NCBI GenBank assembly: GCA_002010215.1
Contig: MTMY01000047.1
Location: 62,001 to 126,000, forward strand
Source: Archaeoglobus sp. JdFR-37
Lineage (GTDB): Archaea > Halobacteriota > Archaeoglobi > Archaeoglobales > Archaeoglobaceae
Length of the DNA stretch: 64,000 bases
Direction: 5' to 3'
Shown: piece by piece, positions 50,039 through 60,029 of the stretch
Position numbering within the stretch: position 1 is the first letter of the stretch
Layout: the number at the start of each line of letters is the position of its first letter
Notes under the pieces: generated by a model
The model's database searches: none
Told to the model about the DNA's origin: nothing
The model's input: the letters and a program-made list of their open reading frames with translations, nothing else
Translations under genes and position numbers: made by a program

Positions 50039-50111
50039 TGGGCTCGCCCGGATTCGAACCGGGGACCTTCGCCTCGTCAAGGCGACGTCATAACCGCTAG
50101 ACTACGAGCCC
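50039..50111 (-). tRNA. tRNA-Val(GAC)
   Basis: Minus strand GGGCTCGTAGTCTAGCGGTTATGACGTCGCCTT-GAC-GAGGCGAAGGTCCCCGGTTCGAATCCGGGCGAGCCCA folds as a cloverleaf; no intron, CCA not encoded. Confidence 0.96.
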
Positions 50112-50242
50112 TCAAAACTACCCTAAAATTGCTGATTATAAGATTTTTGGTTATTTTTCTTGCAGTCAGCTTATTCCCATTTTACGAGAATAGTCACAGA
50201 ATAAGGGAAACTTTTAAATATGTATGCTTGAACCTTTATGCA

Positions 50243-51499
50243 ATGAATCAGGAAGCTGCCATCAAAGGGATATATGAAGGGAAGAGGAATATTGATGAAC
50301 TGAAGATAAAAAGATTCAAGAGAATAGTGAAGTATGCCTTCTGGAGAAGTCCTTTTTACAGAAAAAGGTTCAAAGAAGCGGGCGTTGATGTTGATAAAAT
50401 CAAATCTTTAGCAGATATTGAAAAGTTACCTCTCACCACAAAACAGGATTTGAGGGATAGTTATCCCCTTGGTATGTCATGTGTTCCCAAAGATGAGATA
50501 GTCAGAATTCAGATGAGTGGTGGAACCACTGGCCAGCCAGTCATAATCCCTTATACCCGCAGCGATGTGGAGCAGTGGAAGGAGATGATGCTCCGAGCTT
50601 TCCACCTTGCCGGAGTTACAAGCGAGGACATCATCCAAATCACTCCTGCATTCGGACTGTGGAATGGTGGCTTTGGCTTTCATTTCGCTGCTGATGCCAT
50701 AAACGCCTTCGTCATACCAATTGGCCCGGGAAACACTAGGAATCAAGTGAGATTTATGAAGGACTTTGGAACAACAGTTTTGGCAGCAACAGCAAGCTAC
50801 CCTCTTCGTATCGCTGAAGTTGCTGAAGAAATTGGGGTGGATGTGGCTGAGCTCCCAGTTAACAAGCTAATTCTTGGTGCTGAGCCATGGAGTGAGGAGA
50901 TGAGGAAGCAGATTGAGAGGATATACGACGCAAGAGCCTATGACATCCCAGGGCTGACGGAAATGGGAGGTGTGGGAACGGTAGGCTTTGAGTGTCCTAA
51001 CAGAATTGGACTTCACATCTGGGAAGATAACTACATTGTGGAGGTCATTGATCCGGATACAGGTGAGCTCGTTTCTGATGGTGAAGAGGGTGAGTTAGTC
51101 TACACATCCCTCAACCGGGAGGCGATGCCCCTGATAAGGTACAGAAGTGGTGAGATTAGCGCTGTGGTAAGTAGAGAGGCGTGTGAGTGCGGAATTGAGC
51201 ATATGACAATCAGGCGGATAAGGGGCAGGACAGACGACATGATAATTCTGAGGGGTGTGAAATTCTATCCGGCGGATGTTGAGGAAATACTGGCATCTTA
51301 TGGGGTAAGGCACTATAAAATCGAGCTTACGGACAGTTATGTGAGAATTCTCTATGAGGGGTCAGAAGAGACCAAAAGGGCAATTCTGAAGGATATAAAG
51401 GAGTTTCTCGGATTCAACCCTGCTCTTGAAGCAGTAAAACCAGGCACACTGGAGCGATTTGAAGGTAAGGCGAAAAGGCTTGTGAGGTTGGAAGGGTAA
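50243..51499 (+). CDS. Phenylacetate-CoA ligase-family (PaaK-like) acyl-CoA ligase
   Basis: LPLTTKQDLR, SGGTTG.P, GAEPWSEEMR, MPLIRYR and GRTDDM motifs. Real start ATG 50243; the upstream extension runs across the tRNA. Confidence 0.88.
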   Translation: MNQEAAIKGIYEGKRNIDELKIKRFKRIVKYAFWRSPFYRKRFKEAGVDVDKIKSLADIEKLPLTTKQDLRDSYPLGMSCVPKDEIVRIQMSGGTTGQPVIIPYTRSDVEQWKEMMLRAFHLAGVTSEDIIQITPAFGLWNGGFGFHFAADAINAFVIPIGPGNTRNQVRFMKDFGTTVLAATASYPLRIAEVAEEIGVDVAELPVNKLILGAEPWSEEMRKQIERIYDARAYDIPGLTEMGGVGTVGFECPNRIGLHIWEDNYIVEVIDPDTGELVSDGEEGELVYTSLNREAMPLIRYRSGEISAVVSREACECGIEHMTIRRIRGRTDDMIILRGVKFYPADVEEILASYGVRHYKIELTDSYVRILYEGSEETKRAILKDIKEFLGFNPALEAVKPGTLERFEGKAKRLVRLEG

Positions 51500-51530
51500 A
51501 AATGTGAAAAGAGGAGAGGAGGGTATTAGG

Positions 51531-51617
51531 ATGATTATAACTGCTGTTTATGCTGCATCCCTTGCAGCAATGGTTGTGGGGTTTGCGCTTGCCGTGAGGA
51601 AAGCAAGAAGGATGTAA
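51531..51617 (+). CDS. 28-aa single-TM protein, probable SSS-transporter small subunit
   Basis: MIITAVYAASLAAMVVGFALAVRKARRM with GAGGAGGG RBS, between the ligase and the SSS gene. Confidence 0.6.
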   Translation: MIITAVYAASLAAMVVGFALAVRKARRM

Positions 51618-51642
51618 GATGTAGGACGGGGGAAGTGATAGG

Positions 51643-53130
51643 GTGATAATAGAAGCAATCCTAATTTTATATCTAATTTTAATGCTCGTAATCGGTTTCA
51701 TCGAATACAGGAAGACAAAGGGGATTCTCGATTTCTATCTGGCTGGAAAGCGCCTAGGAGTTGCGCTGGTAAGTTTCTCATTCTTCGCAACCTACTTCAG
51801 TACAGCTGCCTTTCTCGGCGGTGGCGGTTTTGGGTTCCTTGCAGGCTTTCAGTGGTCGGCCTTTCTGACATTCTTCCATATAATCTTCGCCATAGCTGCT
51901 TGGATGATTATTGCGCCACCCATGAAAAGGCTGGCTGATGAAAGAGGCGCTTTTACAATTCCTGAGCTGTTTGGAACCAAATTTGGAAGAGCGGTAAGGC
52001 TTGTTTCTGCACTGATCATCATCTTCTTCTTTGAGTTCTACATGATATCTATTTACAAGGGTGCCGGAAATCTCTTTGAGGTGATGCTTAACATTGATTA
52101 TGTGACTGGTTTGCTTATCACCGGTGTCGTGGTTATGATTTACACAGCCATTGGTGGTTTCAGGGCTGTTGTGCTCACAGACCTCATTCAGGGTGTTCTG
52201 ATTCTTTTTGGAGGTATTGCACTCTTTATAGCCCTCATAATCTCTTTGGGTGGGCCAGTTGAGGCTATTAACACTCTTAGCAACGCTAAGATATTTGGCG
52301 GGATGGATGGAAGTGCACTTTTTGAGTTCGGGAAGATCGGCCCGCCGCCCATTATGAAGTCTGGTATGGTCATTCCCTTCATCCTCAGCCTTACATTTGC
52401 CATAAGCATCGCTCAGATGGCAAGCCCGCAGCTTGTGGTGAGGTTCATTTCGGCAAGAGATGAAAGGGTGATATCAAAGGGAATGATTCTGACACCCCTT
52501 ATCATCGGAGTTTTTGCATTAACCGTTTTCAGCATAGGACCCTTTGGCTGGCTTGTAATTCCCAAATATGACGACCCGGTAAAATACCTCAAGAATCCCG
52601 ATTTAGTGGTGCCTTTTATAGCCATGAAACTGTTTCCAGTAGGATTGAACGCTTTACTGCTTACAGCAGTTGTGGCAGCAGCAATGTCCACCATAAACTC
52701 GCTGCTTCATGTTGCGGCCACATCTTTTGTCAGAGATATTGTAGAGCAGTTCAGGGGGCTGGAGGAAGGGAAGAGTCTGGCAGTGACGCGGCTGTCCGTC
52801 TTCATCTTCGCCCTGATACCCCTTGTCATGGCTGTGAAACCGCCTGGTTATATAGTCACAATCGTCGGCTTGAGCTTCTCTGTCATAACCTCCGCCTTCC
52901 TGGTTCCACTGCTTGCTGCCCTCTATCTGCGAAATCCATCGCCCGTTGCAGCTCTGGTTTCGATGATTGTGGCAGTTGGCGTGGCCATAGCTTGGTACTT
53001 TATGTTCTACAAAGTTTACTGGATATATCCTGTAGTTCCTGGCCTGATAGCTTCCTTCGTTGCCTATGCAATTTTTCAGTTTGCAATGGCAAGGAGTGAA
53101 AGGGTAGCAGAAGTAAGCCAAAAAACATAA
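51643..53130 (+). CDS. Sodium:solute symporter (SSS; PutP/PanF-like)
   Basis: DFYLAGK, YTAIGGFRAVVLTDLIQG and AAAMSTINS motifs. Confidence 0.92.
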   Translation: MIIEAILILYLILMLVIGFIEYRKTKGILDFYLAGKRLGVALVSFSFFATYFSTAAFLGGGGFGFLAGFQWSAFLTFFHIIFAIAAWMIIAPPMKRLADERGAFTIPELFGTKFGRAVRLVSALIIIFFFEFYMISIYKGAGNLFEVMLNIDYVTGLLITGVVVMIYTAIGGFRAVVLTDLIQGVLILFGGIALFIALIISLGGPVEAINTLSNAKIFGGMDGSALFEFGKIGPPPIMKSGMVIPFILSLTFAISIAQMASPQLVVRFISARDERVISKGMILTPLIIGVFALTVFSIGPFGWLVIPKYDDPVKYLKNPDLVVPFIAMKLFPVGLNALLLTAVVAAAMSTINSLLHVAATSFVRDIVEQFRGLEEGKSLAVTRLSVFIFALIPLVMAVKPPGYIVTIVGLSFSVITSAFLVPLLAALYLRNPSPVAALVSMIVAVGVAIAWYFMFYKVYWIYPVVPGLIASFVAYAIFQFAMARSERVAEVSQKT

Positions 53131-53154
53131 AAAATTTTCAAATTTTTTACTTGT

Positions 53155-53643
53155 ATGGGAGAAAAATTGGATAAGGTAGATAAGCTGGATGAACTGGATA
53201 TTAAGATACTTGTTGAACTCCAGGAGGATGCAAGGAAAAGTCTCAGGGAGATGGCAGAGAAGCTAGGGGTTGCTGAAGCAACTGTGTATAACAGGATAAA
53301 TAAGATGAGAAAGGCAGGGATTATTCAGAAGTTCATCCCTGTGATAGATTACTCAAGACTTGGCTACGACCTTATAGCCGTCATTGGGATAACGGCTGAA
53401 GGTGGGCACCTCATAGAGATTGAGGAACACCTTGCAGAGGAGCCGAATGTCACAGCTGTTTATGATGTAACAGGGGAGTTTGATGTGATAACTGTTGCGA
53501 AATTCAAGGACAGACAGAGCCTCAACGCTTTCGTTAAGCGAATAGCCAGTCTTGAGCACGTAAAAAAGACCTACACAATGCTGGTTCTGAATGTGGTTAA
53601 GGAAACTCACGCCATTGACCTTGAAAAACTTTTGGGAGATTAA
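53155..53643 (+). CDS. Lrp/AsnC-family transcriptional regulator
   Basis: LDELDIKIL..LQEDAR.S...A..LG....TV..RI and VYDVTGEFD. Confidence 0.93.
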   Translation: MGEKLDKVDKLDELDIKILVELQEDARKSLREMAEKLGVAEATVYNRINKMRKAGIIQKFIPVIDYSRLGYDLIAVIGITAEGGHLIEIEEHLAEEPNVTAVYDVTGEFDVITVAKFKDRQSLNAFVKRIASLEHVKKTYTMLVLNVVKETHAIDLEKLLGD

Positions 53644-53681
53644 AAAGAATTGGGATTGTAGATTAAAGACATTAATGAACT

Positions 53682-54089
53682 TTAAAGAACTTTCTTTCTA
53701 CCCTCGCCAGGTTTCAGGGAGTACACCTCCTCTGGTGTAATGACGACTGCAGACTTTGGCCTCCTCCTCCCACCACTTTTTTCCTCTACGAATTTTTTAA
53801 TGGTGTCATAGTATTTGCCTTGATGGTGGACTTCAGCCCTGCCTTTCACCAGATATCCATCAAATCCGGTTTCCAAGCGCTTTGAAATAGCCACAGCAAC
53901 CACCGGATTCTCTTTGATGTTTTTCACAGTCTTTGCTATGAAATTGTTAGCAATGATGATCTTTCTGTCTATAACTTTCACAAAGCAGACGGGGGCAAGG
54001 TGTGGCCGATTGTTGGCGTCATTGGTGGCTATCCAGACCAGCCATGGAGCTGAACAATCATTTTCGAAAAACTTCAATACTTCTTTCAT
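53682..54089 (-). CDS. Pyridoxamine 5'-phosphate oxidase-like FMN-binding protein
   Basis: IAT.....PH.AP, KT..NI.ENP.VA and GY.VKG.A...EEVYSL.PG. Confidence 0.8.
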   Translation of the reverse strand: MKEVLKFFENDCSAPWLVWIATNDANNRPHLAPVCFVKVIDRKIIIANNFIAKTVKNIKENPVVAVAISKRLETGFDGYLVKGRAEVHHQGKYYDTIKKFVEEKSGGRRRPKSAVVITPEEVYSLKPGEGRKKVL

Positions 54090-54260
54090 GCTCAAACTTA
54101 AATCCTCTTAATTTAGATTTTTTTGCTGGTCAAGAATGTTCTGCCAAGGATGTTGTATCTCCTCAGACTAGGATGGGTTCAAGTTAGATTTTGAGAAGAG
54201 ATAAATTTGGAACTTGGTAACTGAATGTAACTTAATGTATCGCCCTAAATACACCACTGC

Positions 54261-55001
54261 CTAAAGTCCGGTGGGCACTTCTATGAATTCGACATCAAGG
54301 CCGAGTTTATCTTCAACCACTCTCATCAGCGCCCTTATCCCGGGCGTTTCACTCCTGTAATGGCCCAGAAATATGACGTTGATGTTCCCTTCCTTTGCGA
54401 TATGGTAAGCAGAATGCTCTGCTTCCCCTGTCATCAGCAGATCCACCCTCTTCTCCACAGCCTCGGGCAGGGAAAATGCTCCTCGACCTGAAACTGCTGC
54501 CACCTTTCTCACGACATCATCACCGAATTTCAGGTAACCTGTCTCACCAAACTTCTCTTCTAGAGCTTCCAGTATTTCATCGAATTCCTTTTCAGCCTTT
54601 CCAGCATATCCAATAGCCTCGCTGCCATGATATCCGAAGGGCTCTTCAGGCTCGACTCCAACACTTCTAAGAATCATGGCGTTGTTTCCTATCTCTGGAT
54701 GGGCGTCCAGTGGGAGATGGGCCGTGTAAAGAGAAAGTTCGTTTTCCAGAAGGAACCGGAGCCTCTGCTGGATTATGCCTCTTACGCTGCTTATACTGCC
54801 CCAGATTATTCCGTGATGAGTTACCAGCATGTCAGCATCAGCCTCAACGGCCAGAAGAAATGCGTCCAGAGAAGCATCTACTGCAAAGGCCACCTTTTCA
54901 ACTTCCCTGCAACCCTCAACCTGAAGTCCGTTGCTTGCCTCTCTGAAAGCGGATATGTTCAGGTAGTCATCCAAAAATGACACGATCTCAAAAAGCTCCA
55001 T
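54261..55001 (-). CDS. Nif3-like dinuclear metal-centre protein (DUF34)
   Basis: NGLQVEG, VTHHG, HLPLDAHPEIGNN and GHYRSE motifs. Confidence 0.92.
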   Translation of the reverse strand: MELFEIVSFLDDYLNISAFREASNGLQVEGCREVEKVAFAVDASLDAFLLAVEADADMLVTHHGIIWGSISSVRGIIQQRLRFLLENELSLYTAHLPLDAHPEIGNNAMILRSVGVEPEEPFGYHGSEAIGYAGKAEKEFDEILEALEEKFGETGYLKFGDDVVRKVAAVSGRGAFSLPEAVEKRVDLLMTGEAEHSAYHIAKEGNINVIFLGHYRSETPGIRALMRVVEDKLGLDVEFIEVPTGL

Positions 55002-55087
55002 GGATGCAATGGTAAAAATAGGGTTATAATTTTTGTGACTTGTTTTGCGATTTTTGTGGATGCATTTGTTGCGCCAATATCAATCTT

Positions 55088-55714
55088 TTACTTTATCCAG
55101 ACCCTCCGCCCTTCTTCGATGAAAATTATTCTTGCTCCATTTTTGCTGAGGATGTCTCCGCTTCTTTCGAGGTGTTTGGCGGAGAATATAGCGATAAGGG
55201 CATCGTTTATGTCATCTTGGTTCTTCATGGCTTCTTTACCCTTCTGAATAACCTTCAGGTAGAGGTCATCCAATAAATCATCCTTCTCTACAAGCTTTTC
55301 TCTTAGACTTTCTGTATTTCCCTCCAGAGCCTCGATAACAACATCAAACATTTCCAGCAGTGTTTTCTGCATGAGTCTCAGTTCATCCTCACCAATCCTC
55401 TTCTTTACTCTGAACTTTGCTATTTTATCTGCAAGATCTGTAATTCGCTCGTAGTTTGCTGACATCCTCATAATGCTGGCGACGAAGCGAAGATCCCTTG
55501 CAACAGGCTGGTATAAAGCGACGGCCATTAAGCAATCATTGTCCACGTCTGTATTGAGCACATCGGCTTCTTTCTCTATCTCCGAAACTGCCCTTCTTTT
55601 CTCCTCATCTCCATACATAGCATCGAGACACAGACTCATGGCATCCTTCGCCATTTCGTGAAGTTTGAGAATTTCATCCTTAATCTTGTCCAGTTTTAAA
55701 TCAAGAGCCTTCAT
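55088..55714 (-). CDS. phoU: Phosphate signalling protein PhoU
   Basis: QPVARDLR, ERI.D and HLERSGD motifs; end of the pst operon. Confidence 0.9.
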   Translation of the reverse strand: MKALDLKLDKIKDEILKLHEMAKDAMSLCLDAMYGDEEKRRAVSEIEKEADVLNTDVDNDCLMAVALYQPVARDLRFVASIMRMSANYERITDLADKIAKFRVKKRIGEDELRLMQKTLLEMFDVVIEALEGNTESLREKLVEKDDLLDDLYLKVIQKGKEAMKNQDDINDALIAIFSAKHLERSGDILSKNGARIIFIEEGRRVWIK

Positions 55715-56165
55715 TTTCAGTCCTCCTTTTAGTTTCATCTTCAACAACTTCAATCTTATCCCCAATCATGTCCTCAACCATGCCCTCAATCCTCATTAAA
55801 AGCCCCTTAACTTTCAGCTCTATTTCATCAAAAACCCTCTCATAAACCTCTCCTGGCTTTCCCTTGGGGTCTTCCACATGCCACCTCTCAATGTTTGGAT
55901 GCTGGATGTTTACACAACTCGCCTCATCACAAACAGATATAACAAGATGGTAATCTTCCAGATGAAGGTCCTCAAGTTTGACAGGCTTCGCCTTTTTAAC
56001 TGTGTAACCTCTTCTCCTAATCACATCCAGCGCAACGAAATCGAGCTCTTTTGCAGCCTCAATGCCGGCACTCTCAGCTTTCCAATTCTTCGCGAGGTTG
56101 TTGAATATTGTTTCAGCCATCACACTTCTGCAGGTATTGTGAATGCACACAAAAAGTACTTTCAT
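55701..56165 (-). CDS. LMW-PTPase-fold arsenate reductase (ArsC-like)
   Basis: VLFVCIHNTCRS.MAE P-loop, SAG, distal VCDEASC and WHVEDP. Confidence 0.82.
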   Translation of the reverse strand: MKVLFVCIHNTCRSVMAETIFNNLAKNWKAESAGIEAAKELDFVALDVIRRRGYTVKKAKPVKLEDLHLEDYHLVISVCDEASCVNIQHPNIERWHVEDPKGKPGEVYERVFDEIELKVKGLLMRIEGMVEDMIGDKIEVVEDETKRRTENEGS

Positions 56166-56191
56166 CAGTACTCATCCTCTTTCATCTTCTT

Positions 56192-56956
56192 TCATCCTAT
56201 TCTCCCCGTCAGATATGCTTCCGTAAGCTCCTCCTTCGGATTCTCGAACACCTCTGCAGTTTTGCCGAACTCAACCAGCTCACCCATCCAGAAGAAGGCG
56301 ACATAATCGCTAACCCTCCCAGCCTGCTGAATATTGTGGGTGACGATGACCACTGTGTAATTCCCTTTGAGATCCACCAGCAAGTCCTCAATTTTCACGG
56401 CGGAGATTGGGTCTAGAGCTGAAGTGGGCTCGTCGAAGAGTATGACTTCGGGATTCGTGGCTATGGCTCTTGCGATGCAAAGCCTCTGCTGCTGACCTCC
56501 ACTGAGGCTCGTTCCCGGCATGTTAAGCTTGTCCTTCACCTCATCCCACAGTGCCGCCTTTTTCAGACTGTCTTCCACAACCCTGTCTAGGGCTTTTTTG
56601 TCTCGCACTCCATTGAGTTTTAGGCCTATGGCGACATTATCGTAAATGCTCATGGTGGGAAAGGGGTTGGGACGCTGGAAAACCATCCCGATTTTTCTCC
56701 TGACCTCCACGGGGTCCATATTGAAGACGCTCTTACCGTCAAGCAAGATCTCGCCTTCAATCTTTGCATCGCTTCTAAGCTCGTGGAGTCTGTTCAGGCA
56801 GCGAATAAATGTACTCTTACCGCATCCGCTGGGTCCGAGGATTGCAGTTATGGTATTCTTTTTAATGCTGAGATTGATATTTTTAAGGGCCTGAAAATCT
56901 CCATACCATGCGTTAAGATTTCTCACGACGATTTTATCTGTTGCATGACCTGCCAC
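56192..56956 (-). CDS. pstB: Phosphate ABC transporter ATPase
   Basis: [31 protein letters not shown] and [11 protein letters not shown] motifs. Confidence 0.96.
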   Translation of the reverse strand: MAGHATDKIVVRNLNAWYGDFQALKNINLSIKKNTITAILGPSGCGKSTFIRCLNRLHELRSDAKIEGEILLDGKSVFNMDPVEVRRKIGMVFQRPNPFPTMSIYDNVAIGLKLNGVRDKKALDRVVEDSLKKAALWDEVKDKLNMPGTSLSGGQQQRLCIARAIATNPEVILFDEPTSALDPISAVKIEDLLVDLKGNYTVVIVTHNIQQAGRVSDYVAFFWMGELVEFGKTAEVFENPKEELTEAYLTGRIG

Positions 56957-56960
56957 GGAC

Positions 56961-57785
56961 TCACCTCCTCCTCAGTTTATATTTTGTTATCAAATTAATT
57001 GTCAGAACTGCAATCATCAGGACAAGCGAGGCACCCCAGGCCTTGCGATGCCAGTCAGGGTAAGGAGAGATAGCGTAAACGTAAATCATCAGGGGGAGAG
57101 CTGAAACCGGTTCCAGAATGCCTGTGGCGAAATTTGGATTGCCAAAGGCTGTGAAGAGCAGTGGGGCAGTCTCCCCCGATATTCTTGCTACTGTCAGAAG
57201 AACTCCTGACGCAATGGCTGGCATGGCTGTGCGGAGCACTATGCTGGTCACAACCCTCCAGTGCCTGATTCCCAGACTGAGACCAGCCTCTCTGATATCT
57301 GTGGGGACAAGCTTCAACGCTTCTTCCATGGTTTTAACCATCATGGGCACAGCTAAAACGCTGAGGGCAAAAGCTCCAGCTAGAGCTGAAAACCCGAATT
57401 TTGTAACCAAAAGGGTATAGGCGAAAACTCCTGCAACTATGCTGGGCGTGCCCATGAAGGTGTCATTTAGCAGTCTTATGAGGTCTCTCAACCTGCTTTC
57501 CGGGAATTCCGAAAGATATATGGCTGTTAGCAGAGCAGCCGGGACGCTGATAAGCATTGTAAGGGCTACAAGTATTGCTGTTCCCTGAATTGCATTTGCC
57601 ACCCCTCCGCCTTCCTCACCTGGGGGTTTGGGCAGAGAAGTGAAAAATTCTGGAGTTAGAGATTGGGCACCATTTATGAGGGTAGTGGCTATGATGTGCA
57701 GCAGCGGTATAGCGATAACCACCAGACTGAGGATGCTGTAAATTGTTAGAGCATTATCCTTCAGCCTTCTTGCTGCCATTTCCAC
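56961..57785 (-). CDS. pstA: Phosphate ABC transporter permease
   Basis: [14 protein letters not shown] and [11 protein letters not shown] motifs. Confidence 0.95.
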   Translation of the reverse strand: MEMAARRLKDNALTIYSILSLVVIAIPLLHIIATTLINGAQSLTPEFFTSLPKPPGEEGGGVANAIQGTAILVALTMLISVPAALLTAIYLSEFPESRLRDLIRLLNDTFMGTPSIVAGVFAYTLLVTKFGFSALAGAFALSVLAVPMMVKTMEEALKLVPTDIREAGLSLGIRHWRVVTSIVLRTAMPAIASGVLLTVARISGETAPLLFTAFGNPNFATGILEPVSALPLMIYVYAISPYPDWHRKAWGASLVLMIAVLTINLITKYKLRRR

Positions 57786-58675
57786 ACTATCATCCTCCCT
57801 ACAAGGTTTACAGCAAGGGAAATCAGCAATAGCAGAAGGGCGATGCCGATGAGGGCTGAAAGATAAACATCTCCTGTCGCTTCTGTAAATTCATTGGCTA
57901 TGACTGCAGCCATTGTGTAACCAGGGTTGAGGATGGACGCTGAGATTGAAGGGGTATTTCCTATCACCATGGTTACAGCCATTGTTTCCCCAAGAGCTCT
58001 GCCGTAACCTAAAATCACTCCACCAAATATGCCCTGTCTGGCATAGGGTATACACACATGCCTGACAACTTCGTAGCGGGTGGCACCCAGGCTGTATAGA
58101 GCCTCTTTCAGGTCTTCAGGCACCATCAGCAGAGCTTCTCTGGCTATGGCTGCAACTATTGGAGTAACCATGAATGTGAGAACCAATATGGCAGTTAACA
58201 TGGAAAGGCCGCTGAGGGTTTTTCCTGAGAACAGTGGGATAAATGATAGGTGCTGAAGCAATGGCTGCAGATTGTCTCTCACAAAGGGTGCCAGAACAAA
58301 TATACCCCATAGCCCGATTATGACGCTGGGAATTGCAGCAATAAGCTCGATGATTGAAGAGATAATAACTCTCAAACTACTTGGAGCAATCTCTGAAAGG
58401 AATATGGCTATTCCGACGCCCAGAAAAGTTGATAAAAGGATTGCAAAGGTTGCTGTTAGTAAAGTACCGTATATAAATGGGAAAGCACCAAACAGCCCTT
58501 TCAGGGGGTCCCACACCATTCCGGTAATGAAACTCATCCCATCTTTCCATATTGGCACCGAGTTTGATAGAAGTTCGTAAAAAAGAAGGGTAAACATAAC
58601 GATGACGCTAAGAGATGAAAAAAATGCAAGAAGCCAGAAAACTCTATCGCCTCGCGCCCGTTTCATGCTCATCAC
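57761..58675 (-). CDS. pstC: Phosphate ABC transporter permease
   Basis: IPSVIIGLWG, GRALGETMAV and IANEF.EA motifs. Confidence 0.95.
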   Translation of the reverse strand: MMSMKRARGDRVFWLLAFFSSLSVIVMFTLLFYELLSNSVPIWKDGMSFITGMVWDPLKGLFGAFPFIYGTLLTATFAILLSTFLGVGIAIFLSEIAPSSLRVIISSIIELIAAIPSVIIGLWGIFVLAPFVRDNLQPLLQHLSFIPLFSGKTLSGLSMLTAILVLTFMVTPIVAAIAREALLMVPEDLKEALYSLGATRYEVVRHVCIPYARQGIFGGVILGYGRALGETMAVTMVIGNTPSISASILNPGYTMAAVIANEFTEATGDVYLSALIGIALLLLLISLAVNLVGRMIVWKWQQEG

Positions 58676-58690
58676 GCAGTTTTTAACCTT

Positions 58691-59764
58691 TCACCATTTT
58701 ATCATGGATATTGTTTCAAGGTTTCGCTCCATCACTTCTTCCGGTAGAGGCACATAATGAAGTGCCTCAGCGTACTTCTGACCATCAGTAACCATCCACT
58801 TCAGAAACTCCACCAGCGCTTTTGCTTTCTGTTCCGGCATATAGTCAAGGTCTTTGTAAACCAGTATGTAGCTGAAGCTTGCTATTGGATAGGCATTCTC
58901 TCCATCAGCATTGACAATGCTCACACCGTACCAGCTCTCATCGCCTCTTGGCAATTTCCCTGCGGCGCTGGCTGCAGCCGCTGCAACTGTCCCAACGTTT
59001 GCATCAACAAAGTTCCCTGCTTTGTTCTTGAGTAGAGCGAAGCTCACATCGTTCTGAATAGCATAGGCCAGCTCAATATAGCCTATGCTGTAGGGATTCT
59101 GTTTTATGACTGCCGTCACACCTTCATTACCCTTTGCCTGAACACCTCTGTTTCCGATAGCTTCAGGGAAGCTGAAGACCTTCCCTCTCCCTACTTTTTC
59201 CTCCCACTCCTTGCTGACTGAAGAGAGGTAGTCTGTGAAGATAAAGGTAGTTCCACTTCCATCTGCTCTCTTCACTACTATTATCTCCTTATCTGGCAGT
59301 TCAATGTCTGGATTCAGTTCTGCAATCCTCCTGTCATTCCATCTGGTTATCTTGCCAAGGTATATATCTGCTAGGACTTCTCCACTCAGTTTCAACCTTC
59401 CCTCGATGGGGAGATTGTAGGCGATAACGACAGCACCAATAGTTTCGGGTATATGGAGGATTCCTTTAGCCTTCTCAAACTCTTCGGGTTTCATTGGAGC
59501 ATCACTGGCTCCAAAATCAACCGTTTTTGCTGTGATCTGTCTTATACCTCCACCGCTCCCTATACTCTGGTAATTTATGCTCACTTTTCCACCGGTGATT
59601 TTGTCGTACTCATCTGCCCACTTTGCTATGAGGGGGTAGGGGAAGGTAGCTCCGGCTCCGGTAATTGTTATCCTTTCGCCCTCTCCACCGCCAGCACATC
59701 CAGCGAAGAGGAGTGCAAGGCTAATCAATATTGCAATAGACGTCATTTTCATGCCTTTTTTCAT
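58691..59764 (-). CDS. pstS: Phosphate-binding lipoprotein
   Basis: FAGC lipobox; GAGATFPYP, YQSIGSGGG, DFGASD and RADGSGTT motifs. Confidence 0.96.
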   Translation of the reverse strand: MKKGMKMTSIAILISLALLFAGCAGGGEGERITITGAGATFPYPLIAKWADEYDKITGGKVSINYQSIGSGGGIRQITAKTVDFGASDAPMKPEEFEKAKGILHIPETIGAVVIAYNLPIEGRLKLSGEVLADIYLGKITRWNDRRIAELNPDIELPDKEIIVVKRADGSGTTFIFTDYLSSVSKEWEEKVGRGKVFSFPEAIGNRGVQAKGNEGVTAVIKQNPYSIGYIELAYAIQNDVSFALLKNKAGNFVDANVGTVAAAAASAAGKLPRGDESWYGVSIVNADGENAYPIASFSYILVYKDLDYMPEQKAKALVEFLKWMVTDGQKYAEALHYVPLPEEVMERNLETISMIKW

Positions 59765-60029
59765 GATTGGAAGTGACACTTGGTAGTATATTTAGTTAAC
59801 CCATATAGTACCGGTATAGTATATATGTATACTGATGAAATAGATGGATATATATTCAGTTTGGAACTCATAGGTTTGCAAGAGCTTCGGGATTGGGAGA
59901 TGGCTTGTAGTTTTGAGTCCTTGAAAGTCCTTTTCGAGCAGTCAATCTGGAGCTGGAAATTAATATTGGTCAATATTGGTTTTATAAGTTTGGTAAGTAT
60001 TAAATAATGATTCCAAAGTAAGTGACTGT

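Noticed and set aside
49928..50242. 105-aa N-terminal extension of the CoA ligase
   Set aside because: Runs antisense through tRNA-Val and the promoter; homology starts at ATG 50243.
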